NCBI GenBank assembly: GCA_965200315.1
Contig: OZ241362.1
Coordinates: 256,001-320,000, forward strand
Reading direction: 5' to 3'
DNA length: 64,000 nt
Origin: Candidatus Latescibacterota bacterium
GTDB taxonomy: Bacteria; Latescibacterota; UBA2968; UBA8231
Under the pieces are notes generated by a model that saw nothing but the letters and a program-made list of their open reading frames with translations, had not been told where the DNA came from and searched no databases. Positions 1-10,412 of this stretch are shown in pieces. The translations under genes and the position numbers were made by a program. Positions within the stretch are counted from its first letter, which is position 1. Each line of letters starts with the position of its first letter.

Positions 1-509
1 ACCTGAATATCTACAACAAGGTGAAGTACGATTGGTTCAGGCAGCGCGGCGAGCAGGCCGAAGTCAAAGACAATCGCCTCTTTTTTGGCGCGATTAACAA
101 GGTGGATTATCCACTGTCGATTACCGACAACCTGTCTTTCTGGCCGCGCTACAAGAGCGTCTTCCGCAAGATCAACCCGACCTTTAGCACTGACCTCGAC
201 ATCACCGAGTGGTCGCAGTTTTACATGCTGACCTCGAAGTACTTCCTCCTGCCCGGGACCTTTATCGAATACGGTGTCGAGTTCAACCTCTTTCGCAACC
301 TCGAAGAGCGCCCAGAGATTTTGCCACCTGGGTACGCGGATGACTTCACGGGTTCGGTGCTCGCCTTGCAGTTTTCCAACAAGTCGGCGTACCACGGTTA
401 TGCACTAACTATGAACACAGGTTTTCGCTGGGAGCGTCAGGCCTTTGCTGAAGCGACCGAAACGAACACCCTGCTCTTCATTCGGGCTTTCGTAGGTGTC
501 CAAGAATAG
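1..509 (+). CDS. 5'-truncated hypothetical protein, probably the C-terminus of an outer-membrane beta-barrel
   Basis: Frame of ORF 21..509 is open back to the window edge; alternating aromatic/hydrophobic strands, ends ...LLFIRAFVGVQE. Confidence 0.55.
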   Translation, partial: LNIYNKVKYDWFRQRGEQAEVKDNRLFFGAINKVDYPLSITDNLSFWPRYKSVFRKINPTFSTDLDITEWSQFYMLTSKYFLLPGTFIEYGVEFNLFRNLEERPEILPPGYADDFTGSVLALQFSNKSAYHGYALTMNTGFRWERQAFAEATETNTLLFIRAFVGVQE

Positions 510-533
510 GGGATACTATTTCTCTATGGATTC

Positions 534-573
534 AAAGCGCCCGGCGTTCTCTGGCGGAGATGCCGGGCGCTTT
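534..573 (+). terminator. GC-rich hairpin, probable intrinsic terminator or mRNA processing stem
   Basis: AAAGCGCCCGGC (534-545) pairs with GCCGGGCGCTTT (562-573); lies 25 nt after the stop at 509. Confidence 0.6.
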
Positions 574-586
574 ACTGCCTAACAAC

Positions 587-1831
587 ATGGACATGCGTCT
601 TGCCGTGGTGTGGATAGGGATAATTGCCCTCCTCGGAGAGATCGGCTGTGGCTCCTCGGAACGCCACGTCCTCAAAAAGCCCGCCACGCCCCGGCCCCTC
701 GCGTTCTACCAACACGCCTACGAGCAAAATCCCGCAGATTCTGAGGTTCTCTTGGCCTTGGGATGGGTCTACCTGCAAAAGGACCGCACGCGCCGCGCCG
801 TTGACGTGCTGTCCGAACTGGTCGCGATCGCGCCCGACGACGCGGATGCCCACTACTATCTCGGGGTTGCCCTCGCCAAAGAGCACCGCAAGAGCGAGGC
901 CATAGCTACCTTTAAGCACGCACTCGAAAAAGCGCCGGGCTTTGCCGAAGTGTACTGGGCCTTGGCGCTGCTGTACAACGAGCGCGGCGACGGATACGAA
1001 AAGGCGCTTGCAACGGCCGCAGAGGGGCTACAACTGGCCGGGCAGAGCGGCTATGGGCACTTCGTGTTGGGCTTTGTGTTGTGCTCGCGCGGCGACAATG
1101 AAAACGCCAAGACCGCGCTACTGAAGGCCATTGAACTCAACCCCGACTTGGCCCACGCTCACTACTACTTGGCGTTGGTGTACTTGCGCTTGCAGGACGA
1201 TCCGCGGGCCATGGCGGCCATGGAGCAGACCATTGCCACAGACCCGGGCTACACCTCGGCCTATTACAGCTTGGGCACGCTCTATGCGCGCACGGGCCGC
1301 GACGCTGAGGGAGCGCGAATGATCGAGCTTTTCCAGCAGTTGAGTAGCGCGACGATGGACGAGGATCACTACCGCCGCTTGCTCTATCGCCAGGCCGTGC
1401 CGCTGGCGGCCAATAAGCGGGCGGCCACGCATTTCAACTTGGGGTTGGTGCATTTGCGCCGAAAGGAGTTGGCGGCGGCACTCGAGCAGTTCGAGGCGGC
1501 CTTGGCCCTCGATTCCACGTATGCGGAGGCCAGCCACAACATCGGGGTGATCTATTCGCTGCAAGAGCAACACGCGGCTGCTCGGCCCTTTTTGCTGCGT
1601 GCGGTCCGCCACAAGCCCGACTACGCGTTGGCCTTTGAAAACATAGGCAACAACAGCTTGGCCCTCGGCGAGTACGCAGAGGCGGTCGCTGCGTTTCACC
1701 GCGCCTTGTCCCTCGACGGGAGCATGGTCTCAGCCCTCGACGGCTTGGGGACTGCGCTAATCCAGCAGGGCCAAGTGGCAGAAGGCCACGCGGCTCGTGC
1801 CGAGGCCGCAGCCTTGAGGGCGCAACAGTAA
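587..1831 (+). CDS. TPR-repeat lipoprotein
   Basis: Signal peptide with lipobox-like EIGC; many TPR motifs (AHYYLGVAL, AYYSLGTLY, THFNLGLVH). Start moved from 560, which lies inside the hairpin, to ATG 587 (or 593). Confidence 0.8.
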   Translation: MDMRLAVVWIGIIALLGEIGCGSSERHVLKKPATPRPLAFYQHAYEQNPADSEVLLALGWVYLQKDRTRRAVDVLSELVAIAPDDADAHYYLGVALAKEHRKSEAIATFKHALEKAPGFAEVYWALALLYNERGDGYEKALATAAEGLQLAGQSGYGHFVLGFVLCSRGDNENAKTALLKAIELNPDLAHAHYYLALVYLRLQDDPRAMAAMEQTIATDPGYTSAYYSLGTLYARTGRDAEGARMIELFQQLSSATMDEDHYRRLLYRQAVPLAANKRAATHFNLGLVHLRRKELAAALEQFEAALALDSTYAEASHNIGVIYSLQEQHAAARPFLLRAVRHKPDYALAFENIGNNSLALGEYAEAVAAFHRALSLDGSMVSALDGLGTALIQQGQVAEGHAARAEAAALRAQQ

Positions 1832-3532
1832 ATGTGGTTTGTACTAGTTGCTATTTGGGCATTAGCAGGGTGTGGGGGAGACAGAGGCGAAGCGGCGCGG
1901 CCCAGTTTCGTCGATGTAGCCGCCGAAGCGGGAGTCCAATTGCGCACCGTATCTGGGACGCCGCAAAAAGAGCACATCGTCGAATGCAATACGGGCGGGA
2001 CAGCCCTTTTAGACTACGACCTCGACGGAGACGTGGATATTTTTATCGTCAACGGCTCGCGTATCGCCGGATACGCCCCGGGCCGCGAACCCCGCGCCGA
2101 GCTGTACCGCAACGACGGCGCTTGGTGCTTTACCGGCGTTGGCCGAGAAGCTGGCGTCGCGCACGTGGGCTGGGGCATGGGGGGCACGGCGGCTGACTAC
2201 AACGCCGATGGATGGCCCGATCTGTACTTGGCGAACTACGGTCCCAATGCCCTGTACGAAAACGAGGGCGACGGCACGTTCGTCGATGTGGCGGCCGAGC
2301 GGGGCGTGGACTTTAGCGGCTGGAGCTCGTCTGCGGCCTTCGGAGACTATGACCTCGACGGCGACTTGGACTTTTACTTGGCGAATTACATCGACTTTGA
2401 TCCGGCGTTTCGCCCGGTTGATCCGAGCTATTGCACCTGGCGCGGGATAGACGTATTCTGCGGCCCGCGCGGGATGCCGGGCGAGCGAGATCAATTCTAT
2501 CGTAACGACGGCCCAAGTGCGGGTTGGACCTTTGCCGAGGCGAGTGCGGCGTTTGGCATTGCCGACTACGAGTACTATGGTTTTGCCGCGCTGGCCGGCG
2601 ACTGGGATGAGGACGGCGACTTGGACATCTACATTGCCAATGATTCGACGCCGAATGTACTCTACCGCAACGACCAAGGTACATTTGCGGATGTATCGCT
2701 CCTGTCGGCCACTGCGTACAGCGAGGACGGCCGCGAACAGGGCGGCATGGGTTTGGCGAGCGGCGACTACGACCAAGACGGCGATTTCGACTTGTTCGTC
2801 ACTAATTTCTCGCACGATAACAACTCGCTCTACGACAACAATGGCCGGGGATTTTTCACCGACGCCAGTTTTAGTTCGGCCCTAGGCCGCGCGAGCATTA
2901 GCTCTTTGGGGTGGGGGACGGGTTTTTTCGATTACGACAACGATGGCGACGACGACCTGTTTGTCGCCAACGGCCATGTGTACCCGGCTGTTGATCGCCG
3001 CGACTTGGGAACCCGCTACGCCCAGCGCAACCACCTGTTTGAGAATCGCGACGGCGCATTTGTCGAAGTAGGTGTAGCCTCAGGTCCGGGCCTAACGGTG
3101 GAAAAGTCGAGTCGCGGCTCGGCCTTCGGCGATTTGGACAACGACGGCGACTTGGACCTTGTGGTGGTCAATATCGACGACACGCCGACCTTGCTGCGCA
3201 ACGACCGAGGCAATCACCGCAACTATCTGATGGTCAGGCTGCTAGGTGCTGAGGGCAATACAGATGCCATTGGTGCGCGAGTTGTCGTAGCGGTGGGGGG
3301 GGCGGTGCAGATGCGGGAGGTGCGCGCGGGCACGGGCTACCTGTCGCAGGACGACCTGCGGCTACACTTCGGCTTGGGGATGGCGACCGAGGCCGATCAC
3401 CTCGTAGTGCGCTGGCCCGATGGGGTGGAAGAGCGCATAGATGGGGTGGCGGGCAATCGGCTGATCACCATCCGGCGCGGTACGGGCCTCGTCGCCGAGG
3501 GGTTTGGACCTGTGTCGAGGCTGAGGCCGTGA
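1832..3532 (+). CDS. CRTAC1-family lipoprotein (FG-GAP/VCBS repeats plus C-terminal ASPIC/UnbV domain)
   Basis: Lipobox LAGC; repeated DYDxDGDxD motifs; C-terminal GYLSQDDLRLHFGLG...VRWPDG. Confidence 0.88.
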   Translation: MWFVLVAIWALAGCGGDRGEAARPSFVDVAAEAGVQLRTVSGTPQKEHIVECNTGGTALLDYDLDGDVDIFIVNGSRIAGYAPGREPRAELYRNDGAWCFTGVGREAGVAHVGWGMGGTAADYNADGWPDLYLANYGPNALYENEGDGTFVDVAAERGVDFSGWSSSAAFGDYDLDGDLDFYLANYIDFDPAFRPVDPSYCTWRGIDVFCGPRGMPGERDQFYRNDGPSAGWTFAEASAAFGIADYEYYGFAALAGDWDEDGDLDIYIANDSTPNVLYRNDQGTFADVSLLSATAYSEDGREQGGMGLASGDYDQDGDFDLFVTNFSHDNNSLYDNNGRGFFTDASFSSALGRASISSLGWGTGFFDYDNDGDDDLFVANGHVYPAVDRRDLGTRYAQRNHLFENRDGAFVEVGVASGPGLTVEKSSRGSAFGDLDNDGDLDLVVVNIDDTPTLLRNDRGNHRNYLMVRLLGAEGNTDAIGARVVVAVGGAVQMREVRAGTGYLSQDDLRLHFGLGMATEADHLVVRWPDGVEERIDGVAGNRLITIRRGTGLVAEGFGPVSRLRP

Positions 3533-5166
3533 AGGCGCACTACGGAATGGTCCTGCTGCTTTGTTGCAATGCCGCAGCGGAATCGCGCTTTGTCGATATC
3601 ACGCAATCGGCTGGGGTCGATTTCGTCCACCACAGCGGTGCAACCGGGGCGCGCTATTTGCCCGAGGCTTATGGCTCTGGGGCCGCGTTTTTGGATTTCG
3701 ATGGCGATGGCGCACTCGACCTGTACTTGGTCAACGCCGGGCGACTGCCTCAGCTATCAAACGAGCCTGAGGCGACCAACGCGCTTTTTCGCAACGAAGG
3801 TGCGGGCCGCTTCTCAGAACAGACGGCACGAGCGGGCGTCGGCGACCAAGGCTACGGAATGGGGGCGACCGTGGGCGACTACGACAACGACGGCTGGGCC
3901 GACCTCTACGTCACCAATTTTGGGCCCAACGCGCTCTTCAACAATCGCGGCGAGGGTCGCTTTGCCGACGTTACAGCTACCGCCAACGTGGGTTGCCCGG
4001 GATGGGGGACGAGTGCGGCCTTTGCCGACGTGGATCTCGACGGGGATTTGGACCTATTCGTCGGCAACTACCTCGACTATCCGACCGAAAATCCGCTCGT
4101 GTGCCGGATCGGCAATAGCGAGGAGCGGCTCTACTGCGACCCGCGCAAGTTCGACGGTCAGGTCGATCGCCTCTATATCAACGAGGGCCGCGTAGGTAGT
4201 TGGGCTTTTGCCGACCGCACGGAGGCCTTCGGCCTCGCTAGCACTGCTGGCAAGGAGTTGGGGGTCGTCTTTGGCGACTACGATCAAGACGGCGATCCCG
4301 ACCTGTACTTGGCCAACGACCTCGTGCCCAACATGCTCTATCGCAACGACGGCGCGCGCTTTGTCGATCGGGGTCTTGCCAGCGGCACCAGCCTCAACGG
4401 CGAAGGGGTTGCCGAGGCCGGGATGGGCGTTGACATGGCCGATGCAGATGGCGATGGCGACTTGGATTTGTTCGTGACCAACTTCCAGTGGGAGAGCAAT
4501 ACCCTGTACAGCAACTTGGGTGGGGGATTTTTTGCCGACGCGACCGTGGCGTCGGGCATCACCCGCGCCAGCATGGCCTTTCTCGGGTTTGGTACGGGAT
4601 TTTTCGACTGCGACAATGACGGTGATCTCGACCTGTTTGTCGCCAATGGCCACGTGTACGACAACGTAGAAAAGGTCGATCGAGCGGCGGCGTACGCGCA
4701 GCGCAATCAGCTACTCGAAAATATCGGTGAGGGCATCTTTGTTGATCGCAGCGACCGCGGCCCGGGCCTCGCGCTGGTGCAGGTTAGTCGCGGGGCTGCG
4801 TTCGGCGATATCGACGGCGACGGCGACTTGGATATTGTGGTGAACAACTCCAACGAGCGACCCGCTCTATTGCGCAACGACGCAGATGGCGGTGGGTGGT
4901 TGGGGCTTAGGCTGCGGGGCTCGGTGAGCAATCGCGACGCCATTGGGGCGCGGATCGCGCTGACGACCGGTGGCCGTACCCTCGTGCGCGAGGTTCGCCG
5001 CAGCGCGAGCTATCTGTCGTCGAACGACCCCCGCGTGCTCTTTGGCCTTGGGAATGCCGCGGTCGCCGAGCGGGTTGAGATCCGCTGGCCGTCCGGTGTC
5101 ATCCAAGTTGTCGAGGCCCTGCCCGGGCGGCAATACGCGGCCATAGAGGAGGATACTAGTCGGTGA
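3529..5166 (+). CDS. CRTAC1-family protein (FG-GAP repeats plus ASPIC/UnbV)
   Basis: Signal peptide; DxDxDGxxDL repeats; SYLSSNDPRVLFGLG...IRWPSG; 4-bp overlap with the upstream paralog. Confidence 0.88.
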   Translation: MKAHYGMVLLLCCNAAAESRFVDITQSAGVDFVHHSGATGARYLPEAYGSGAAFLDFDGDGALDLYLVNAGRLPQLSNEPEATNALFRNEGAGRFSEQTARAGVGDQGYGMGATVGDYDNDGWADLYVTNFGPNALFNNRGEGRFADVTATANVGCPGWGTSAAFADVDLDGDLDLFVGNYLDYPTENPLVCRIGNSEERLYCDPRKFDGQVDRLYINEGRVGSWAFADRTEAFGLASTAGKELGVVFGDYDQDGDPDLYLANDLVPNMLYRNDGARFVDRGLASGTSLNGEGVAEAGMGVDMADADGDGDLDLFVTNFQWESNTLYSNLGGGFFADATVASGITRASMAFLGFGTGFFDCDNDGDLDLFVANGHVYDNVEKVDRAAAYAQRNQLLENIGEGIFVDRSDRGPGLALVQVSRGAAFGDIDGDGDLDIVVNNSNERPALLRNDADGGGWLGLRLRGSVSNRDAIGARIALTTGGRTLVREVRRSASYLSSNDPRVLFGLGNAAVAERVEIRWPSGVIQVVEALPGRQYAAIEEDTSR

Positions 5167-6551
5167 TTAAATGGGTTTCATTCGCACTGAGCGTCGCACT
5201 GGCAGCCGGCTGTCAGACCGAGCCGGAAGTTCCGCCCGCTCAGCCTGTAGTGCAGCCGCCTCCGGTTGAGGACCCGCTGCTGATCGGACGCGTCCTGTTG
5301 CGGCAGAAGCGCTACGCGGACGCGCTTGAGATATACGGGGAAGCGCGGAAGCGTCATCCCCAGTCGGGCGAGGTGCTGGCCACGCTGGGCCGGATTCACT
5401 TGGCCTTGGGCCAGCCCGAAGAAGCGATCCAATTCTACGAAATGGCCGTGGCCCTCGAATCCGAGCAGCCTGAATGGCTCGTCGCCTTGGGCAATGTGCA
5501 TCTGAAGCTGAGCCGCTACGACGAAGCCCACGCCGCGTTTGCCTCGGCCTTGGCCTTGGACTCGACGTACGCGCCAGCGCGGCGCAACAAAGCGGCGGTG
5601 TACAGCAAGCAGGGGCGATTGGGCGACGCCGCGCACGAATACGAGTGCGCCTTGGCACTGCGGCCCGAGCACCTCCACACCCGCTTCAACCTCGGGCTGG
5701 TGTACGCCAGCTTGGGGCGCTATGCCGACGCCAGCGAGGCCCTGCAACAGGTCTTGGTGGCAGCGCCGAAAAACGCGCGTGCGCTCTACGCGATGGGGGA
5801 GATCAAGCTCCAAGAGGGCGATGGCGAGGGAGCCGTCGAGTACTTTGAGCGCACGCTGGCAGCCGACACCACATACGCGGAAGCGCATCTGCAACTGGGG
5901 AGGATTCAGATGAGCCAAAACGATCTGGCGGCTGCGGCCGAGCACTTCCGCCGGGCCATCCTAATCGAACCCGGGCTGTCCGAGTCCTTCCGTCTGCTGG
6001 GCCAAATCCACCTGCGGCAGGGCCGCGAGACAGCCGGCGAAAAATCCCTCGCCGCCTACGAAAAGGTCAAGCAGGTCGAGGGGGATATCCTGCGCTATCG
6101 CGAGCGACTGCGCAGCGATTCAGACGACGCTGAAGCTCATTATAGTTTGGGTTTTGTGTACAACCGCTTGGGGTTTACCGGCGTGGCTCTGCCGCACTAT
6201 GCCCAAGCCGTGCGAATCAATCCCGCGCATCTGCGGGCGCTGAACAACATGGGCAACATCTACTTGCGCACCGGACATTTCGATCAAGCGGCAGCGGCCT
6301 ATCAGCAGATTGTCGAACAAGACCCCGAGCATGTGGCCGCCTTTGCGGCCCTTGGACAAGTCTATTTGAATCAGCAGCTCACGGATGAAGCCATCGCCAT
6401 GCTCAATCGCGCCCTCGCGCTCGACGAAAACTGGCTCGGTGCCCACCAAGCCTTGGCCGAAGCCTACAAACGGCTGGGTCAGATTGCCAAAAGCGAAGAA
6501 CACAAACGCATGGCCGACGCCTTGCTTAGAAAGCGAAAAGATGACCAATAA
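5163..6551 (+). CDS. TPR-repeat lipoprotein
   Basis: Lipobox AAGC; TPR array along the whole length. Confidence 0.85.
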   Translation: MIKWVSFALSVALAAGCQTEPEVPPAQPVVQPPPVEDPLLIGRVLLRQKRYADALEIYGEARKRHPQSGEVLATLGRIHLALGQPEEAIQFYEMAVALESEQPEWLVALGNVHLKLSRYDEAHAAFASALALDSTYAPARRNKAAVYSKQGRLGDAAHEYECALALRPEHLHTRFNLGLVYASLGRYADASEALQQVLVAAPKNARALYAMGEIKLQEGDGEGAVEYFERTLAADTTYAEAHLQLGRIQMSQNDLAAAAEHFRRAILIEPGLSESFRLLGQIHLRQGRETAGEKSLAAYEKVKQVEGDILRYRERLRSDSDDAEAHYSLGFVYNRLGFTGVALPHYAQAVRINPAHLRALNNMGNIYLRTGHFDQAAAAYQQIVEQDPEHVAAFAALGQVYLNQQLTDEAIAMLNRALALDENWLGAHQALAEAYKRLGQIAKSEEHKRMADALLRKRKDDQ

Positions 6552-8283
6552 CGTGAGAAAATGGGTAGGGCTTGCAGCCTGTGCATTCCTTTTTTGTTGT
6601 GCCCAAGAGCCGGCGGCCCCAGTCTCCGAAGGGGGCGGTTTAGTGGTGACTGGTACGGCCTTGGCCCAAGTAGGCGACGATCGGATTGACGAACGCGAAT
6701 TCCGCCGCTACGAAGCCCGGATCCAACCTCAGCACCGCTCGGGAGCGCAAGGCGTGGAAAAGCACCGCGAGCACCTGATGAGTTTGATCGATATCAAGCT
6801 CATGGTGCGCGAGGCGCGCGTACGCGGACTGGACAAAAATCCCGAATCGATCAAGGCTGTAGAACTCGCCCGGCACAAGGCCATGATCGAAGCCTATATA
6901 CGCGAGCAAGTCGGTCTGCAAATCGAGATTTCCGAAGACGAGTTGCGCACCAATTTTGCTGCGCATCCGGCCCGGTACGCCGTGCGCGGGGCGCACATCC
7001 TGCTCGACAGCCGCGCTCGCGCCGATTCCATCTACGCGGAGATCGCATCCGGCCGAGTTACTTTTGAGGACATGGCACACAAGCACTCGCTGGACGAGGC
7101 GACGGCGGCCGCTGGGGGCTGGTTTGACTCGTACTATGCCTTCGACCGGGTCTCAGACCGAGTGTACGAGCGCGTGTTCTCGTTGGACGTAGGCGAGGTC
7201 AGCCAGCCTTTCCGCACGCCCCAAGGCTGGGAAATTGCCAAGGTAGTAGATAAGAAATTGGTGCCTTTTGAAAAGTACCGCACGGTGATCCAGCGGGCGA
7301 CTTTTCTCGAAAAAATCGAGAACTTGCGCAGCGAGCACATCGACGAGCTCGTCGCCGAGAGCGGCTTGCGCCCGGTGGAGCAGCAGATGCGGCGCTTTGT
7401 CGCGGCTTGGAACGAGCAGCCTGGCGCACCGCAGCTAACGCCCGAGGAGTGGGCCGCCCCGCTCTACGAGTACGATGGCGGCGTCATCACCGTGCAGCAG
7501 GGCAGCAATTTGTTGCACAATTCGCGGCTGGGCCGCGCCCAAATCGACAGCGCCTTGCTCGACGACCTCGTGCGTCGCCGTGGAGCACCTGACCTGCTGT
7601 TGGGCTTGGCGGCCGAGCGCGATGGATACGCCGAGCAGCCCGAAGTGCAGGAGCAGGTGGCAGCCGAACAGGAGCGCCTGCTGCTGCAAGGGCTGTGGGA
7701 AGAGCTGATTGAAGACGCCTTAGAGGTGAGCGAAGAGGAAGTACGCGCTCACTACGATGCGCATCCCGATATGTACTGGACACCAGAGGAAATCATCGTC
7801 CAAGAAATCATGCTCACCGACGAGTCGCTTGCGCAAGAGCTGATGGAGCAGATTCGCGCCGGTGCCGACATGGCCGCGCTGGCAACCAAGCACAGCATCC
7901 GCCGCGACGCAGATGAAAACGGCGGCCTCTACGCGCTGCGCGCATTTGAAAAAATCATTTACAAGGAGCTGATGGACGCGGCCATATCTGCGCCCGAAAG
8001 GGAATTACAAGGTCCGATTGAACTAGTCGATCCCTTGCCGGCTTCTCTGCGCGAGCCTCAGCCTTTGGAACGGGCCTTTTCAATCTTCAAGGTCTTGCAG
8101 CGTCGGCCCAAGCGAGTACAAGAATACGACTTGGCCCAACAGAAGGCCCACTATTTGGCCCGCCTAGAAAAACAACAGCGCGAATTGCGCACCCTCAGCC
8201 TGCAGTTGCGCGACAAATGGCACAATGCTTATGGCATCAACGACGACGCGCTCGAAAAGTACGCGCTGGCCAATCCTTCATAA
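6541..8283 (+). CDS. Parvulin/PpiC-type peptidyl-prolyl isomerase with two rotamase domains (SurA/PrsA-like foldase)
   Basis: GAHILL...FEDMAHKHSLD...GG...GEVSQPFRTPQGWEI, and a second VQEIML...MAALATKHS...NGG; signal/lipoprotein-like N-terminus from ATG 6541. Confidence 0.8.
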   Translation: MTNNVRKWVGLAACAFLFCCAQEPAAPVSEGGGLVVTGTALAQVGDDRIDEREFRRYEARIQPQHRSGAQGVEKHREHLMSLIDIKLMVREARVRGLDKNPESIKAVELARHKAMIEAYIREQVGLQIEISEDELRTNFAAHPARYAVRGAHILLDSRARADSIYAEIASGRVTFEDMAHKHSLDEATAAAGGWFDSYYAFDRVSDRVYERVFSLDVGEVSQPFRTPQGWEIAKVVDKKLVPFEKYRTVIQRATFLEKIENLRSEHIDELVAESGLRPVEQQMRRFVAAWNEQPGAPQLTPEEWAAPLYEYDGGVITVQQGSNLLHNSRLGRAQIDSALLDDLVRRRGAPDLLLGLAAERDGYAEQPEVQEQVAAEQERLLLQGLWEELIEDALEVSEEEVRAHYDAHPDMYWTPEEIIVQEIMLTDESLAQELMEQIRAGADMAALATKHSIRRDADENGGLYALRAFEKIIYKELMDAAISAPERELQGPIELVDPLPASLREPQPLERAFSIFKVLQRRPKRVQEYDLAQQKAHYLARLEKQQRELRTLSLQLRDKWHNAYGINDDALEKYALANPS

Positions 8284-8316
8284 CGAAAGAACACAGCGAC
8301 GCTTCAGTAAATTTTT

Positions 8317-8340
8317 TATACTATATATAGATATAGTATA
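8317..8340. promoter_or_regulatory. AT-rich perfect inverted repeat, candidate operator
   Basis: TATACTATAT-ATAG-ATATAGTATA, 15 nt upstream of ATG 8356. Confidence 0.5.
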
Positions 8341-8355
8341 TCGGGAGTAAGAACC

Positions 8356-10401
8356 ATGAAACATCTAGCAAATTTGTGGCTTTGGTTGTTCGCAGTGGCA
8401 TCGGCTACGAGCGCGGCGGCGGACATTTTTTTGTGGCAGATCGGCGGCAGCGGCCTTCGCTGGGCCGATAGCGACTCGGCCCAAGTAATGATTGACTTTA
8501 CCGGACCGAATAACTCGATCCAGCCAGTACTGGTGAGTTCAGATACGACGGTCTTTCCGCTGCTCGAGAATTGGTCGCCGAAAAAGGCTCCGGACGAGTT
8601 GGGTTTTGTCGATGGCGAGCGTCCCCGCGCTTGGAAGGGTTGCTGTGGCACCTCTTCGACGGTTGACAACGCGCTCAACCTCATCGACGGCAATGGCGCG
8701 ACGTACAATCCGGTGACCAGCAACAGCATTAACAGCGAGTACTACACCATTGATTTGGGAGTGCCGGTGCCGTTATTCCGCTTTGCCATGAGCACGCCGG
8801 ATAAGGGATTTTTCCGCTCGGACGGAACCCCGCTAGAAGAGGACGCCATCCCGGCCTTTGAGGTGTCGATCGCCCCAGACACCAACAACGACGTGCTGAA
8901 CACGTCTAATCCCATCGGAGAAGTCATCGTCGAGGTGCGCGAGAATGTCGTCCCCCAGATATCCACGAAATTTCCCTTGCAATACGTGCGCTATGTGCGC
9001 TACAAGCGCAAGAATTCAATCCTCGACGAAGCGACGAATCAGTCGTCTGGGCATTCGGGCACGGCGCGCAAGGGGACGGTGGCCGAGTTCTTCCTCTGGG
9101 GAGAGGGAATCCCCAAGCGGGCCACGTACAAGACGGTCATTTTCGACTTAGGCACGGTCGTCAACTTCGGGCGGCTGTTCTGGAAGGCTACGTCCATGCG
9201 CCTGGTCAACGGCGTGGCCGAGGAAGCCCCGGACGCCAACGCGCAGATCGAGGTCGAAGCGCGCACCGGGATTGATGCGGATCCTGACCTCTACTACGAG
9301 TTTACGGACATGGGGACGCGCGTCGTCGTCGAGCAACAGCGCTATCAGGGTGTGCTGAAAAACCAGAGCGCGGCCGTTACTAATGCCGACGGGCTGGGCG
9401 GCACTCTGACCCTTTCCACTCGGCCCAAGCCGGGGCTTCGCGCCGGCATTGAGTACGACCAACAAAACTGGACGTTCTGGTCTTTTCCGACGACTGAGTC
9501 CGACCGGCCTCTCAATCTCAACCGGGGATCGCATTTGCAGATCAAGGTAGTGCTGCACAGCGAGCGGTTCGACGAGTTTGTGCGCCTCGATTCCCTGTGG
9601 ATCGAGACCTCGCCGATCTTGGCCAGCCGCGTCGTAGCCGAGGTGGCCGAACTCGGCCAGCCCAATCCGGTGCGCGGCGTGGCCGAGGTGGCCTTGGGCG
9701 AGATGACGGACTTCACCTACGACATCAAGGCGGAATTCGCGGCGGGTGAGGTGGGTTTTGACGCTTTGCGGATTAGCACCGGCAGTGCGCAAACCGAGTT
9801 CAAGGAACTGGAACTGGATGGAATTGCAACCAATCCAGCCGGGATAGAGGCTGCCGCTGACGGCTTTGTCGTGCAGCTACCACAGCGCATAAGCCGCGCC
9901 CACAACCCGAGCGTGCGGGTGACCTTTTCCGCCGAGGTCTTCGACTTTGCGCGCACCTTTGAGGGCGAGGTCTTCAACACCGGCAGCGCGGACCTGCCGC
10001 AGCCAGTCGAGGGTGGGGACGTCAGCGATGCGATCGGCACCAATAGTCTGCGAGTCTTGGCTGCGAGCGCGTCCAATCCGCAATTAGTGCAAGATGTGCA
10101 GTTTTCCAGCGGCGTGATCACCCCTAACGACGACGGGGTCAACGATGAGTTGGTCATTTCCTACTCGCTCTTCGCGCTGCCGCAATCGGTGCCGGTGCAG
10201 CTACAAGTGTTCTCGCTGGACGGTCGTCAGGTGGCGCAAGTCCAGCATGGCGAGCAAGGGTCCGGGCCTCAGCAATTGCACTGGGATGGCCGCGACCAGC
10301 GCGGTGAGACGCTCGTTCCCGGCCTGTACCTTTTGGGCATCGGCATCGAAGCCGAAGATAAGAGTGCCCTACAACTGCGGCCCATTAACATCGCTTATTG
10401 A
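8356..10401 (+). CDS. Exported protein with discoidin-like N-terminal region and C-terminal FlgD-Ig/CHU_C-like domain
   Basis: Signal peptide; LIDGN...YTIDLG; C-terminal ITPNDDGVND...WDGRD...PGLY; ends INIAY. Confidence 0.75.
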   Translation: MKHLANLWLWLFAVASATSAAADIFLWQIGGSGLRWADSDSAQVMIDFTGPNNSIQPVLVSSDTTVFPLLENWSPKKAPDELGFVDGERPRAWKGCCGTSSTVDNALNLIDGNGATYNPVTSNSINSEYYTIDLGVPVPLFRFAMSTPDKGFFRSDGTPLEEDAIPAFEVSIAPDTNNDVLNTSNPIGEVIVEVRENVVPQISTKFPLQYVRYVRYKRKNSILDEATNQSSGHSGTARKGTVAEFFLWGEGIPKRATYKTVIFDLGTVVNFGRLFWKATSMRLVNGVAEEAPDANAQIEVEARTGIDADPDLYYEFTDMGTRVVVEQQRYQGVLKNQSAAVTNADGLGGTLTLSTRPKPGLRAGIEYDQQNWTFWSFPTTESDRPLNLNRGSHLQIKVVLHSERFDEFVRLDSLWIETSPILASRVVAEVAELGQPNPVRGVAEVALGEMTDFTYDIKAEFAAGEVGFDALRISTGSAQTEFKELELDGIATNPAGIEAAADGFVVQLPQRISRAHNPSVRVTFSAEVFDFARTFEGEVFNTGSADLPQPVEGGDVSDAIGTNSLRVLAASASNPQLVQDVQFSSGVITPNDDGVNDELVISYSLFALPQSVPVQLQVFSLDGRQVAQVQHGEQGSGPQQLHWDGRDQRGETLVPGLYLLGIGIEAEDKSALQLRPINIAY

Positions 10402-10412
10402 GGGAAGCACTC

